Assembly (NCBI GenBank): GCA_965233585.1
Contig: CBDDTI010000207.1
Location: 1-40,251 of the forward strand
Direction of reading: 5' to 3'
From: a bacterium
GTDB taxonomy: Bacteria > SAR324 > NAC60-12
DNA: 40,251 nt
This document shows positions 25,201-37,633 of the stretch, one piece after another; position 1 is the stretch's first letter; each line of letters opens with the position of its first letter. Position numbers and translations under genes: made by a program. The notes below the pieces were generated by a model. The model worked only from the letters and a program-made list of their open reading frames with translations. It ran no database searches and was not told where the DNA came from.

Positions 25201-28200
25201 TGGCAAGGGTCTAATGGCTAGTGTTGAAACTGTTTGCCCTAAAAGGTTTCAAGGCTTGGAAAGCCAAGTCTTGAATAGTGCAATCATTGTCAAGACTTGG
25301 GGACATGGAATTGCAAAAAACGAATAACATTTCAAAACTTGGGATACCAAGTCTTGAAAGAGAAATGTAAGAATCAGACCTGTGGCTGCCAAGTCTTGAC
25401 AATCATGTTCACTTGTGTTCATGTCTTGGAAGAACATGTCATGAAAGTTCTTACTTGGGTCTAATGTTGAAATTATTTGGCTCAAAAGCCTTCAAGAGTT
25501 GGAAAGCCAAGTCTTGAATAGTGCAATCATTGTCAAGACTTGAGGACATGGAATTGCCAAAAAAACATTTCAAAACTTAGGATTCCAAGTCTTGAAAAAG
25601 TGTCAGATTTCATAACTGTGGCTGCCAAGTCTTGAAAAATATTTCCAAAAGAGTTCATGTCTTGGAAGACCAAGTCATGAAAGACATAATTCATGGCAAG
25701 GGTCTAATGTTGAAATGCTTTACCCCGAAAAGTTTCAAGACTTGGAAAGCCAAGTCTTGAATAGCGCAATCATTGTCAAGACTTGGGGACAGGGGGTTTA
25801 AAAAAATGTAACATTTCAAAACTTGGGTTCAAAGCCTTGAAAAAATGTAAGATTTCAGAACTGTGGCTGCCAAGTCTTGAAAAATATTTCCAAATGTGTT
25901 CATGTCTTGGAAGACCAAGTCATGAAAGACATAATTCATGGCAAGGGTCTAATGTTGAAAGTCTTTACCCGAAAGTTTCAAGACTTGGAAAGCCAAGTCT
26001 TGAATAGGGCAATCATTGTCAAGTCTTGGGGACATGGAGTTGCAAAAAAGTAACAGTTCAAGACATGGGATATTGCCAAGTCTTGAATGAAAAATGTAAG
26101 ATTTCAGAACTGTGGTGGCGGCCAAGTCTTGACAATCATGTTCACTTGTGTTCATGTCTTGGAAGACCAAGTCATGAAAGACATAATTCTTGGCAAGGGT
26201 CTATAATGTTGAAATGCTTTACCCCGAAAAGTTTCAAGACTTGGAAAGCCAAGTCTTGAATAGCGCAGTCATTGTCAAGACTTGGGGACATGGTGTTGCA
26301 AAAAATGTAACATTTCAAAACTTGGAATACCAAGTCTTGAAAAAAAAGATTTCCGAACTTGGTCTGCCAAGTCTTGAAAATATTTCCAGATGTGTTCATG
26401 TCTTGGAAGACAAAGGCAGAAAAGGCATAATTCTTACTTATACTGTTGAAATTCTTTGGCCCAAAAGGTTTCAAGAGTTGGAAAGCCAAGTCTTGAATAA
26501 TGCAATCATTGTCAAGACTTAAGGACATGGAATTGCCAAAAAAAACATTTCAAAACTTGGGATTCCAAGTCTTGAAAAAGTGTCAGATTTCATAACTGTG
26601 GATGCCAAGTCTTGAAAAAATAGTTCCAAATCTGTTCATGTCTTGGAAGACCAAGTCATGAAAGACATAATTCTTGGCAAGGGTCTATAATGTTGAAATG
26701 CTTTACCCCGAAAAGTTTCAAGACTTGGAAAGCCAAGTCTTGAATAGAGCAATCATTGTCAAGACTTAAGGACATGGAATTGCCAAAAAAAACATTTCAA
26801 AACTTGGGATTCCAAGTCTTGAAAAAGTGTCAGATTTCATAACTGTGGCTGCCAAGTCTTGAAAAATATTTCCAAATCTGTTCATGTCTTGGAAGACCAA
26901 GTCATGAAAGACATAATTCATGGCAAGGGTCTAATGTTGAAATGCTTTACCCCGAAAAGTTTCAAGACTTGGAAAGCCAAGTCTTGAATAGAGCAATCAT
27001 TGTCAAGACTTAAGGACATGGAATTGCCAAAAAAACATTTCAAAACTTGGGATTCCAAGTCTTGAAAAAGTGTCAGATTTCATAACTGTGGATGCCAAGT
27101 CTTGAAAAAATCGTTCCAAATCTGTTCATGTCTTGGAAGACCAAGTCATGCAAGACATAATTCTTACTTGGGTCTAATGTTGAAATTCTTTACCCCGAAA
27201 GGTTTCAAGACTTGGGAAGGGAAGTGTGGCAAGTTTCTGACTGTTAGATAATTTCATCCGCATGAGTCAATGCAAAGTCTTAAGAAGCTCAACCATTTTC
27301 TCAGGAACCTCATTTCCACACTTTGAGGCCAAGTATTGCAATGTACCATTCTTAAGCTGCACAATGGCCCATCTCTACCGCTTTGGAATGCCAAATCTGG
27401 ATGAATGTTACAATTGGTACCGTTGTCAAGACCTAGGGACATGAGTTGAAAAAATGTCACGTTTCAGAGCTTGGGATGCCAAGCCTTGAAAAGCAACCCA
27501 TCGTGTTCATGCCTTGGATGTCCACAGTCTATTGTTAGCAAAAACTAGCTGCAAACAGTTTCAAGACTGGGGAAGCCAAGTCTTGAAGATGGCATGATGC
27601 CATGAAATTCCACATTGTGTCTTTTGTAAAAGGCATGTGCAAGCATAAAAAAAATGGTTTCAAAAATTGAGACGCCAAGATTAAAAGATGGCATCATGTG
27701 TAAAGAATTATGCGGGCACAGCCCCACATACGGCAGAAAAAAAAAACAAACACAGGTATAAAGTTTCCGCTCGTTACACAGTTTAGTACATGGTTGTAAA
27801 ATGTTAGGAGGGGTTAAAAATTGGAAGTGGAAAAACATCATTTCGAACACTTGAAGGCCAAGTATTGCAATATCATTCTTGGGCTCCAGACTTGGAGTTC
27901 CAAGTCGTGAGCACAAGACCAATCTTTACCACTCTGGACACCCAACAGGAAACATAACAAGTATCAAACTACAGAACAGCTTGTTTGCAAGTTTTCAGGC
28001 TTGGGGCGGTAGCAAGTGTTGAAACCTATGATTTTTCAAAAGTCGCAAAGACTAACTTCATTGGTGAGCCAAGGCAGAAAACCTTGCAACAAAAACCCAA
28101 GTCTTGAGCTTGAAGACTTGGAAGGTCAAATAGTTACCAAGATGGGTCAAGTTAAGTTCCAGACTTGGAATGCCAAGTCCAATCAAATCCAGAACTTGGC

Positions 28201-30501
28201 GCAATGCATTTGGACAAGTTAAGGGTGAACTCTTACCTTTTTGTTTCAAAACTTGGGATGCCAAGTCTTGAAAAAATATGTTCATGTATTGAAAGACCAA
28301 GTCATGAAAGGACAAAAAAGTAATACTGATAAAGCCAAGTTCTGAACGATGATAATGGTAACTGCCATGAATCAATCATATTTGAAAGACCTGGGAGGCG
28401 AAGCCAATTGAGACAAACATGAGTGGTTGGACTTGGATTCAAGGCTTGAACTTTTGAAGAACTCATTTGCATCACATCGAGAACAACCTTAAAAGTCTCA
28501 GTGATCATGCTTGTCAGTGCAAGACTTGCGAGGCCAAGTCTTGAAGTGCATTTAAGATTCACTATTGTGCCAAAGCAATTTCTGGGAGACCAAGCCCAAA
28601 TAGATTTTGCAGACTTGGAAAATGACCAAGTCTGAATTTCATTTTCAACTTCCACATTTAAAAACCATCATCAAGAACAACATCATATTGAAATTGAAGC
28701 CCAAGAGAAACAAACAACCAATCATGTTCATCTTGGACATTTGGAACCTTGAACGGAAATCACCAAGAGAGGCATGATGGAATGTCCCTCCAAGAGTATG
28801 GTTTACCTAGAAGAGTAACAGTGCCCTGTTGGTACAATGTGTTTTCTGTCAAGAGCAGCTAAAGTTCGACACCTTTTGGCGCAAAGACCATAGTAAGCAA
28901 ATTCAAACAGTTCCATTGTTACACTAGTCACAACTATGCATATCTAATCATGCCTTCAAATCCATGAGTGAAACCGTGTGTTTTTGTTTAATTTGGTTGA
29001 AGGTCTGCCATTTGAAATCCTAATGTCAAATCAGTCGGTATTTAGGTTCCTATGCAGCTCCATTCCTACAACCACATTTGGGAACCTGATGGTTGGAGCA
29101 TGCAATCCACTAGAAGTGTATGAGTATAGTCATGTATATGCATTGAACACTTGTAGATCACACCAAGCCCCAAAAATGCCACGCACCAGACAAAAAAAAA
29201 CTATGCATATAGTCATCCAACTCTTTTGTGAAAATAAGAATATGAAAAAAATCACCTTCTAGATTGTAGTTATTCCTGATGAACTCTCACAACTTTGAAA
29301 ATGAAAGGGAGGTGTATGTATGTACTTGCCAGCTACGAGACAGATTTTTGTTTAACCCTTTTCTTGGAACGGATACGAATTCAATTGCCAAGGCCTGGAA
29401 TGCCAAGTCTTGGAATTGAAGTTGATGTCTTAATTCAATTGCCAAGGCCTGGAACGCCAAGTCTTGGAATTGAAGTTGATGTCTTAATTCAATTGCCAAG
29501 GCCTGGAACGCCAAGTCTTGGAGTTGAATTTTATGTAATTCAATTGCCAAGGCCTGGAATGCCAAGTCTTGGAATTGAAGCCCATTATTTCAGGGGTTAT
29601 GATGCCCTTGTTCAGGGCTAGTCCCTTGTTCAGGGACGTTATACCCACCATCCCCAGCTGAAGGCTGCTGCAACGGCATCACCTGTCCAGGAAACCTGCA
29701 GGTACAAATTAATGGTATCACATATATGTTCATGACTTGTGTGCATGGTGGTATCACAAGTGGGTGACAACTCGGGGACACTGGATGGTATTTTATGATT
29801 TTATGACTCTTGGTGACATTATATTGGTATCATATGTGCATGACCCTTGATTAAATATATATATATATATATTTATGTTCATGATGCTTGATGGTCATTG
29901 GCAGTCTGTGTGTGTATGTTTGTGTTTGGTTCAGTAATCATGAAACTTGTTGTTTGAATTACAACATGTTTTTTGTTCTGACCTGCCCCCCCTCCAGGTT
30001 AATTTAAGCATGAAAACTGTGTGTATGTGTGTGTGTTTGGTTCAGCAATCATGATTCTTGTTTTTTGAATTACAGCATGTTTTTTGTTCTGAACTGCCCC
30101 CACCCCTCCAGGTTTCAATTTAAGCATGACTACGGTGTGTATGTGTTTTGTTTGGTTCAATAATCATGATATTTGTTGCTTGAATTACAGCATGTTTTTT
30201 TGTTCTGAACTGCCCCCACCCCTCCAGGTTTCAATTTAAGCATGACTACTGTGTGTATGTGTTTTGTTTGGTTCTGTGATCATGATACTTGTTGTTGGAA
30301 TTACAGCATGTCTTTTTGGTTCTGACCTGCCCCCCCCCTCCAGGTTTCAATTTTAGCATGAAAACTTATCCCTAGAAAATGAAAAGAAACATGTTGGAAA
30401 ACCATCCCAAAATGGAAAAACAAAAAAATACTGCATTTTTTCAGCCAAAATGAAACTATCATTTTCAAAAACCAAACTATCACAATCAAAGAACAGAGGT
30501 T
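25201..30501 (-). repeat. Right arm of foldback element: ~243-bp satellite (25201-27220), semi-unique middle, 54-bp repeats, four ~120-bp repeats (29900-30360)
   Basis: Reverse complement of 3679-8876, with scattered substitutions and different repeat copy numbers. Confidence 0.92.
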
Positions 30502-30505
30502 AAAA

Positions 30506-32554
30506 GAAGCAATTGAGAAATGCGGTCTCTCCTCTGGACCGGAGCTCATGCTGAAGTCTCACGTCTCGATGTTGAAGAATTCTTCACGAGAGGACCTCAG
30601 CACGATGTTGACCTTCTGCACGTGCTGCTTTGGACGAGGGTGGCAACTAAGGATTTCCCTGCCAATCAACGTGGCCATCATGGAAAAGTATGAGATGACG
30701 ACGCGGTTTTGCATCAGCCTTTTCCGGCCAACGGAAGACCAATTATACAATGTTAGTGTTGGTCTTACCACCTTTCCATTGTCGAAGGAGTTGGTGCAGG
30801 AGGTGGAGAGGGATTTTCAAGAAACCAAAAAATGGATCTTGGAAAACTGCCAAGAAGAACTCAGATCTGTCAAGTTGGTCTGCAGCGTGCACAGGAGGCA
30901 GTTCTTCCACAGCTCCGTGTGCAAAAACACGTGCCATAAATTGGCCTTGTTGGAGGCTTGGCGCAGAGGCCGGGAGTCAGAAGGCGACGAAATTAGTGAA
31001 GATCTGGCGCCTCCACCGATAGCTCGGTTTGACGCTTTGTGGGCATTGAAGCAAAGGATCCCGCCCAGCTACATGCTCCGGGATGAATTCAAAGACAAGA
31101 AACACATCCTTTGCAACTTGGATGCTGACAACGTCTTGTCTGCAGATTTTGCCGCGCAAATTGATAGTCATTTTGGCAAAACCACCGGTCCTGGTGGTCT
31201 TACCCCGGGCTCTGGTAATTATGGAAACGCTCCTGTGTTCGGTGGCCGTTGCACTGGCGGAGACGACCTCGGATGCTGTGGCCGTGTCTTGATCAATGAC
31301 CGAGGGTTCCTTGAGTTGCAAGGATACGACGAATCATTTCATCCCACGGGTTTTCAAGATATTGATTTGTGGACAAGGACCAAGACCAAAGCAGGGCAAG
31401 CGCCAAAAATGAAGTTCTTTGCTGGATGGTCTGTGCCGAATTGCTCGGACAACGCCTTCAAGGCAGTAGCTATGGAAAAGAACAGGCTCACCGGCTGCAA
31501 CCTCAGGTGGGGACAGCAAGATACTGAAAATCAGGCTGATGCAGCCAGAAAACTTGCTGAGGGGAAGTGGTGGCGCAACAGCAGTGATGCAACAATTTCT
31601 TGCAGAGACATGTGGGAGTTGATGCTGAGCTTGGGAAATGCAGACCCGGAGGGCAAAACCCTGCTGCTGACAGCCAGAAAGCCTGAGCAGGATGATGGTC
31701 TTACCTCTACTGCGTTGAAACCACCGCCGCCGCCTCCAAAGGCAGCCCCGTCCGAAGCAGCCTCAGTTTCTCAGCAGCCGATGCCTCCCAGGCCTGCTCG
31801 ACCGGCACCTGCAAGCAAATATGGTAAAAAAAAGGAAATCGAGTCCAAGCTTCCTCCCTGCTTTGTGAGGGTGATCGCATGTGGAGCAGGCAACCTCGGC
31901 AAGGTACTCAAAAATGCCTGTCGCGTCAGAAACTTGCCAAGTCGGGTTTGGCAAGCAACCTTGGACTTGAGACATCAGTGCGACCAATTCGAAGCCGTGG
32001 AAGAGGAGTGCCTCAAAATGTGCCTGGACCACGTGGATGGCCTAATGATGGGCAGCCCAGGGCAGAGCAGTCACAGCATCATCTTCTGTGATTGCAGGGA
32101 CAAGGGCCTGCAAGGTTGGGATGACCCGGAAGTCATGGATGGGTCAGTGAAATACCACGTAGGAACATTCCCGGTGAACCTGAAGAACTTTGCGCGAGGC
32201 GAGGTATTCAAACGTGAGCTGCACAGGGTTCGACGGTACATCTTGTCCCGGTTTGCGTTGGACCCCAATGCTTCTCCAGGGGTGACAGTGGTTGCTTATT
32301 GCCGTGGAGGCAACCACCGCAGTGTAGCTTTCGCTTACCTGCTTCAACATGTCCTGAGTCAGCAGACACTGGTCACCTGCGCATCGAATGATGTGATTTG
32401 CTTGACCTAGTTGGCTGGGCACTGGTCGGATCGAAAATGTGGACGATGCAATTTTTGTCGCCACGAGAGGCTGCCTCCCAGAGAGGCAGCAATGGTTCAA
32501 GACGCATTCGGCTGCGCGCTTAGCGTGTGGCGCGAAGCGCCATTACACTTATGA
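30506..32554 (+). pseudogene. 3' part of cargo gene: GT-A fold glycosyltransferase (GT2/GT7C-like), Pro-rich linker, RapZ C-terminal-like domain, Cys-rich tail after an in-frame TAG (32408-32410)
   Basis: LTFCTCCFGR...FHSSVCKN...ILCNLDADN (DxD)...GCCGR...LQGYDESFHPTGFQDIDLWTR match GT-A/GT7C motifs. DCR...DP...HVG...VAYCRGGNHRSVAFAYLL resembles the RapZ-C CTGGxHRSV motif. The frame continues past TAG as LAGHWSDRKCGRCNFCRH... to TGA 32552-32554. Confidence 0.8.
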
Positions 32555-33102
32555 GTGGCTAGTGGTCTTACCCTGCACTTGACAGCCTAGTGGTCTTACC
32601 CTTCTGTTTGTGCAGGTGCCGCCCACAGTGGCTGCTGGCCTTCTTTTGATTGGCAATGACCAGTCCGATAGGCCAAAGACAGCTTCGAATAAAATGATTT
32701 GCGCCAAAAAATGGGTAGCTGGGGCGGTGAGTCCAGGTTGGACTTGACAGAGACTTATTTTTGTTGATTGTTTTGATTGTTTTCCATTTTTGGTCAATAT
32801 TATTTGTTATGATTCGTTTTTTGACACGTGTTACTTTGTCAATCTGCCGTCCATGTCGCATGTGATTGATGTCTATAGAGGGCTGAAGATAATGATAAGA
32901 ATCGTTTTGAAAGTATAGTTGGTGTAATACAAGATATTGATATCATATTATGCACTATACGGTCAATACCCCAGTCGGTCATGGCCATGACAGACATATG
33001 TAAATGTGCAGAAATTTTCGGCTCAATCAAATACGAGGCATAGCCGATGTTTACTGGGGTTGTAGTAACATCGTCTCGGGGATCAGACTGATGCCAAGCT
33101 GA

Positions 33103-33869
33103 ATGCCGAAACTCAATATTGACCAAGGCCTTCATCTTCTGTCGCCACGATCCTTGGAAAAACATTTTGGCCATTGCAAGAAAAGAAAATGTTCTTTGTG
33201 TTTCTGGGCGCAGAAGGGCCCCGAGTGTCAAAAAACAACGTTGTTTCCTCCGGGCAGTCAAAAAAAAGACCCTGGTTGGCATGCGCCCGTATGCAGACTT
33301 CAGCTGACAAGAAATGGAAAGTTCGTTGGGGTTGTGTGCTTTGCAATCATTTCCGAAATTCAGAAAAATATCAGTATCGCCCGATGGTCTTACCTCGACG
33401 ACAGCAGAAAAATCAAGCAAGCAGACAAAAAAGAGTCTGCCGTCCATCTCATGGGGTTCTTTTCAAATTCCAGTGATGTTGTTTAAAAGAAGGAAGACGC
33501 AAGGTGTGCAGCAACATGCAAAAACCAGATGTCATCAACGAGCGTTGATGCATTGGATTGATCAAGCGCCTTCAGCATCAAAATCATCTCAATGCGAGTC
33601 AGAGTCACAGGTAGGACCACCAAAAGAACAGTGGGACAAAATTTTGAAGGGACTGCGCACGGGGAAAAGTGCGCACTGACAAAACGGCCTGGATTGCCAT
33701 GGAGACCTGCAGACGTACGAGCTGCAGCTGCCAAAGCGGACGGAAACTAAGGCTTCTTCAAGAGCTTCAAAGTGATGCTCTTGAAAATTTTAATTTGAAA
33801 GAGGTTTTGGCGCATACGTCTGCGTTACCACCAGCTGCCATAATTAAATCTGAAATTAATGCTATTTGA
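33103..33869 (+). pseudogene. Frameshifted gene with TTF-type (hAT-associated) zinc-finger-like motif; no catalytic domain seen
   Basis: Across three frames: H...CKKRKCSLC; RPWL...WGCVLC; WGSFQI...QHAKTRCHQRAL. The first shift falls in an A-run near 33260. Confidence 0.55.
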
Positions 33870-33942
33870 CACATTGCTGACTGAGGTGGGGTAAAAGGGC
33901 ACGAGACTGCTTCCATGTTTTTAATTTTGCATAAGTTCAGTC

Positions 33943-34458
33943 AAAGTTCAGTCAACATGGTAACTACAACAAAAAAAATCGAAAATTGAGCGACGTTAAT
34001 TCATATGCCCAACTTTATGGCTCCCTTACGCATTGCCAGACCGGTCCGGGGCCGCGAAAGAGGGTAAAAGTTCAGTCAACATGGTAACTACAACAAAAAA
34101 AATCGAAAATTGAGCGACGTTAATTCATATGCCCAACTTTATGGCTCCCTTACGCATTGCCAGACCGGTCCGGGGCCGCGAAAGAGGGTAAAAGTTCAGT
34201 CAACATGGTAACTACAACAAAAAAAAATCGAAAATTGAGCGACGTTAATTCATATGCCCAACTTTATGGCTCCCTTAGGCATTGCCAGACCGGTCCGAGG
34301 GCGCGAAAGGGAGCCATAAAAACGCGTAAGGGAGCCATAAGTTGCAGCGCCGCTGCTACTTATGGCTCCCTTACGCATTTTTATGGCTCCCTTACGCATT
34401 GCCAGACGGGTCCGAGGGCGCGAAAGGGAGCCATAAATTTATGGCTCCCTTACGCATT
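33943..34458 (+). repeat. ~124-bp tandem repeat x3, followed by direct and inverted copies of tatggctcccttacgc
   Basis: Units start at 33943, 34067 and 34191; the inverted form aagggagccataa occurs at ~34307, 34328 and 34424. Confidence 0.9.
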
Positions 34459-34629
34459 GAGCGTTGGTACCGCTGTACCCTAGTCACATGTTTTCGTCCC
34501 GGTCCCGGTGAGTTAGGTGATTTCTGTTTCTGGTATCTAACTATGGGCAGTAGTAGGCGCGCAGTATTTGAGAGGGCAGTGGCACGCGCAGCCTTTTAGA
34601 AGCACCTTAGGTCATCTTGAACTTGGGCG

Positions 34630-36230
34630 GTGCCAAAAAAATCTGAGCCAAACAGCGTAAGGAAAAAACATGCACCTTATTTAAAAAGACAGTGGCCAAA
34701 AAAAATCGGAGCAAAACAGTTGAAGAAAAAATGGCACCCTAAAAACGTAAGATAAAAAACCAGCAATCTATAAATGACTGTTGCCAAAAAAATCGGAGCA
34801 AAACAGTTGAAAAACATGGCACCTTATAAAAATGACTGGCGAAAAAAATCTGAGCCAACCTAAGGATAAACAAACACACCTTATAAAAATGACTGCTGCG
34901 AAAAAAATCGGAGCAAAACAGTTGAACAAAAAATTCACCTTATAAAAATGACTGCGGCCCAAAAAATCTGAGCCAAACAGCGTAGGATAAAAAAAATGCG
35001 CCTTAAAAAAATGACTTGCCAAAAAAATCGGAGCAAAGCAGTTGAAAAAAATGGCACCTTATGAAAATGACTGTGCCAAAAAAAATCTGAACCAAACAGC
35101 GTAGGATAAAAAAATGCGCCTTATAAAAATGACTGTTGCCAACAAAAATCGGAGCAAATCAGTTGCAAAAAATGGCACCTTATACAAATGACTGTGCCCA
35201 AAAAAATTCTGAACCAAACAGCGTAGGATCAAAAAAAATGTGCCTTATAAAAATGTATGTTGCCAAAAAAAATCGGAGCAAAACAGTTGACAATAAAAAT
35301 TGGCACCTTATAAAAATGGTTGCGGCGAAAAAAATCTGAGCCAAACAGTGTAAGATAAAAAAATGCGCCTTATAAAAATGACTGTGGCCAAAAAAATCGG
35401 AGCAAAACAGTTGAAAAAAAAGGGACCTTATAAAAATGAAAGCGGCCAAAAAAAAATTAACCAAACAGTGTAGGACAAATAAAAAATGTGCCTTATAAAA
35501 ATGACTGTTGCCAAAAAAATCGGAGCAAAACAGTTGAAAAAAATTGCACCTTATAAAAATGACTGGGGCCAAAAAAATCTGAACCAAACAGTGTACGATA
35601 AAAAAAAATAAAAATCCGTATAAAAATGACTGTTGCCAAAAAAAATCGGAGCAAATCAGTTGCAAAAAATGGCAACTTATAAAAATGACTGTGCCCAAAA
35701 AAATCTGAACCAAACAGCATAGGTAAAAAAAAAATGCGCCTTATAAAAATGACAGTGGCCAAAAAAATCGGAACCAAACAGTTGAAGATAAAAAGTGGCA
35801 CCTTTGAAAAATGACTGTGGCGAAAAACATCTGAGCCAAACAGTGTAATTAAGATTAAAAAAATGCGCCTTAAAAAAATGATTGTTGCCAAAAAATTGGA
35901 GCAAAGCAGTTGAACAAAATGCGCCTTATAAAAATGACTGCGGCGAAAAAATCGGAGCAAAACAGTGTAAGATTAAAAATGCGCCTTATAAAAATGACTG
36001 TGGCCAAAAAAATCGGAGCAAAACAGTGGAAAAAAATGGGACCTTTTATAAGCGGCCAAAAAAAAATCAACCGAACAGTGTAGGATAACAAAAGGTGCGT
36101 TATAAAAATGACTGTTTCCCAAACAATCGGAGCAAAACAGTTGAAAAAAAATGGTACCTAAAAAAAAAACTGTGGCCAAAACAATCTGAACCAAACAGCG
36201 TAGGATTAAAAAAATGTGTCTTATAAATGT
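34630..36230 (+). repeat. A-rich minisatellite, ~58-60-bp monomers alternating as a ~118-bp dimer
   Basis: ccttataaaaatgactg...ccaaaaaaaatc followed alternately by ggagcaaaacagttg and tga(a/g)ccaaacag(c/t)gta. Confidence 0.92.
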
Positions 36231-36263
36231 GTCTTAGGTTCAATAGCAGGATTGTCAGGTAGA

Positions 36264-36350
36264 ATGCCGCCGAAGAAAGGTGAGAAGGAAACTCTTCCGG
36301 ATGGCGTTCCTGCCAATTGGAGTGCTTGGCGACTGTCACGAGATGAACAG
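36264..36350 (+). CDS. Possible short first exon (MPPKKGEKETLPDGVPANWSAWRLSRDEQ) of an unresolved gene
   Basis: Coding-like GC-richer stretch ending in CAG|GA, a donor class known in dinoflagellates; downstream exons not identified. Confidence 0.25.
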
Positions 36351-37030
36351 GACCGCAGGGAGTCAAGTAGCATAGACGTCAGTCACATGCATATGCATGT
36401 CAGATCACATGCATGCCAGATCACATGCATGCAGACACGTAAGAACAAAAAAAAAAGAACAAAAAACAAAAAACAAGAAGAATCTTCTGAGAACGGGTCT
36501 TGGTGAATTTTGAACGTGAAATCCGGACAGCTGAGCGAGACATATCACCAAGACCCTGATGGTCTTACCTCTGGTCAACTGAGGTGATGTTTTGATTTGT
36601 TGCTTTGCTCGATTGGACCCTGTGAGATTCAGATACGAGGTCTAATTGTTGCTGTGACCAGCGCCTTTGCCCTTTTCGTGTCAAATTTCGCTGCTCAACA
36701 GAAACAGCATTTTTGGAGCCGTGACCCTCTGATCTCTTGGCCAAAAAAAGGAATGTGGTGTGCGTGTGTGTGTGTGTGTGCGTGTGTTTGCGTGTGCGTG
36801 GGTGGTGAGGGAACCGCAACCTAAGTGACAAGGAGATGTCTTTGATTCATGAGTTGATGGATAAACTTTTTGATTCATGTGATTCATGTGTATATTTGGG
36901 TAATTTCAACATTGCAGGGTCATATGCATGTTTAAAACGTCCATGATCTGATGGTAGTGTTTTTTGTGACAGCAGTAGCTGCAAAGGCTCAAACTGTTTC
37001 AGGTCAAATTTGTGACTGCCGCGTTTCGCC

Positions 37031-37633
37031 ATGTCTGCGTACTCAGCATCGGGTCAGTCTCAAATGCCGGCATTGACGATGGCACATGATGATGACGCAA
37101 GCTCGAACAGAAGCTGGAGCCTGGTGGGTTCCAAACACGGCGCCACAGTGATCCCGGGGGACAGTTCCAATGTTGAAGTGAAGTATCATCAGCAGCAATG
37201 GGACCGATCAGAATATCCTGGTGGTCTTACCCCGGTTGGTCATCCTAAAGACTTCACCCCGGGATTCATGGTGTGCTACACCACGCGCGGCGGCTCGGAG
37301 AACGACTGCCACTGTCCAAATTTGATTGTGGAAATCACGGGCCTTCCACTTTCAGACCCGGACATGACGTTCCTCGTGGACACTCATAAGATTGAGAGGG
37401 TGGAGGATATCAAATCCATTGTGCAATGGTGGGTGAGTGAAGGGTGCGTGGACCACGGGCTGGAAGCCACCGAGTGGATACCCAAATCGCATTGGGCACT
37501 CCACAGCATTGAGCGGGCAACCCCGCACAACATGCCCACAAAATACCTGAAGAAGACGGACATGCCGCTCAAGTTTTCCTGGCACACCTGGAGCCCATCC
37601 TACAAGAAAAGTCACAGCAGCGTCGTGGTCTGA
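37031..37633 (+). CDS. Intact intronless 200-aa ORF of unknown function
   Basis: ATG-to-stop ORF with coding-like composition and a globular-looking C-terminal half; contains the GGTCTTACC motif (GGLTP). Confidence 0.65.
   Translation: MSAYSASGQSQMPALTMAHDDDASSNRSWSLVGSKHGATVIPGDSSNVEVKYHQQQWDRSEYPGGLTPVGHPKDFTPGFMVCYTTRGGSENDCHCPNLIVEITGLPLSDPDMTFLVDTHKIERVEDIKSIVQWWVSEGCVDHGLEATEWIPKSHWALHSIERATPHNMPTKYLKKTDMPLKFSWHTWSPSYKKSHSSVVV

Larger units (their letters stand above)
3679..30501. mobile_element. 26.8-kb foldback-type DNA element with ~5.2-kb inverted arms, AACC...GGTT termini and 4-bp AAAA target-site duplication
   Basis: aacctctgttctttgattgtga (3679) versus tcacaatcaaagaacagaggtt (ends 30501). 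Flanks are AAAA at 3675-3678 and 30502-30505. Excision gives the in-frame ...LAQKIAK|EAIEKCGLSSGPELMLKSH... Confidence 0.92.

Noticed and set aside
34768..36194. Phe-rich repeat ORFs on the minus strand
   Set aside because: By-product of the A-rich minisatellite.
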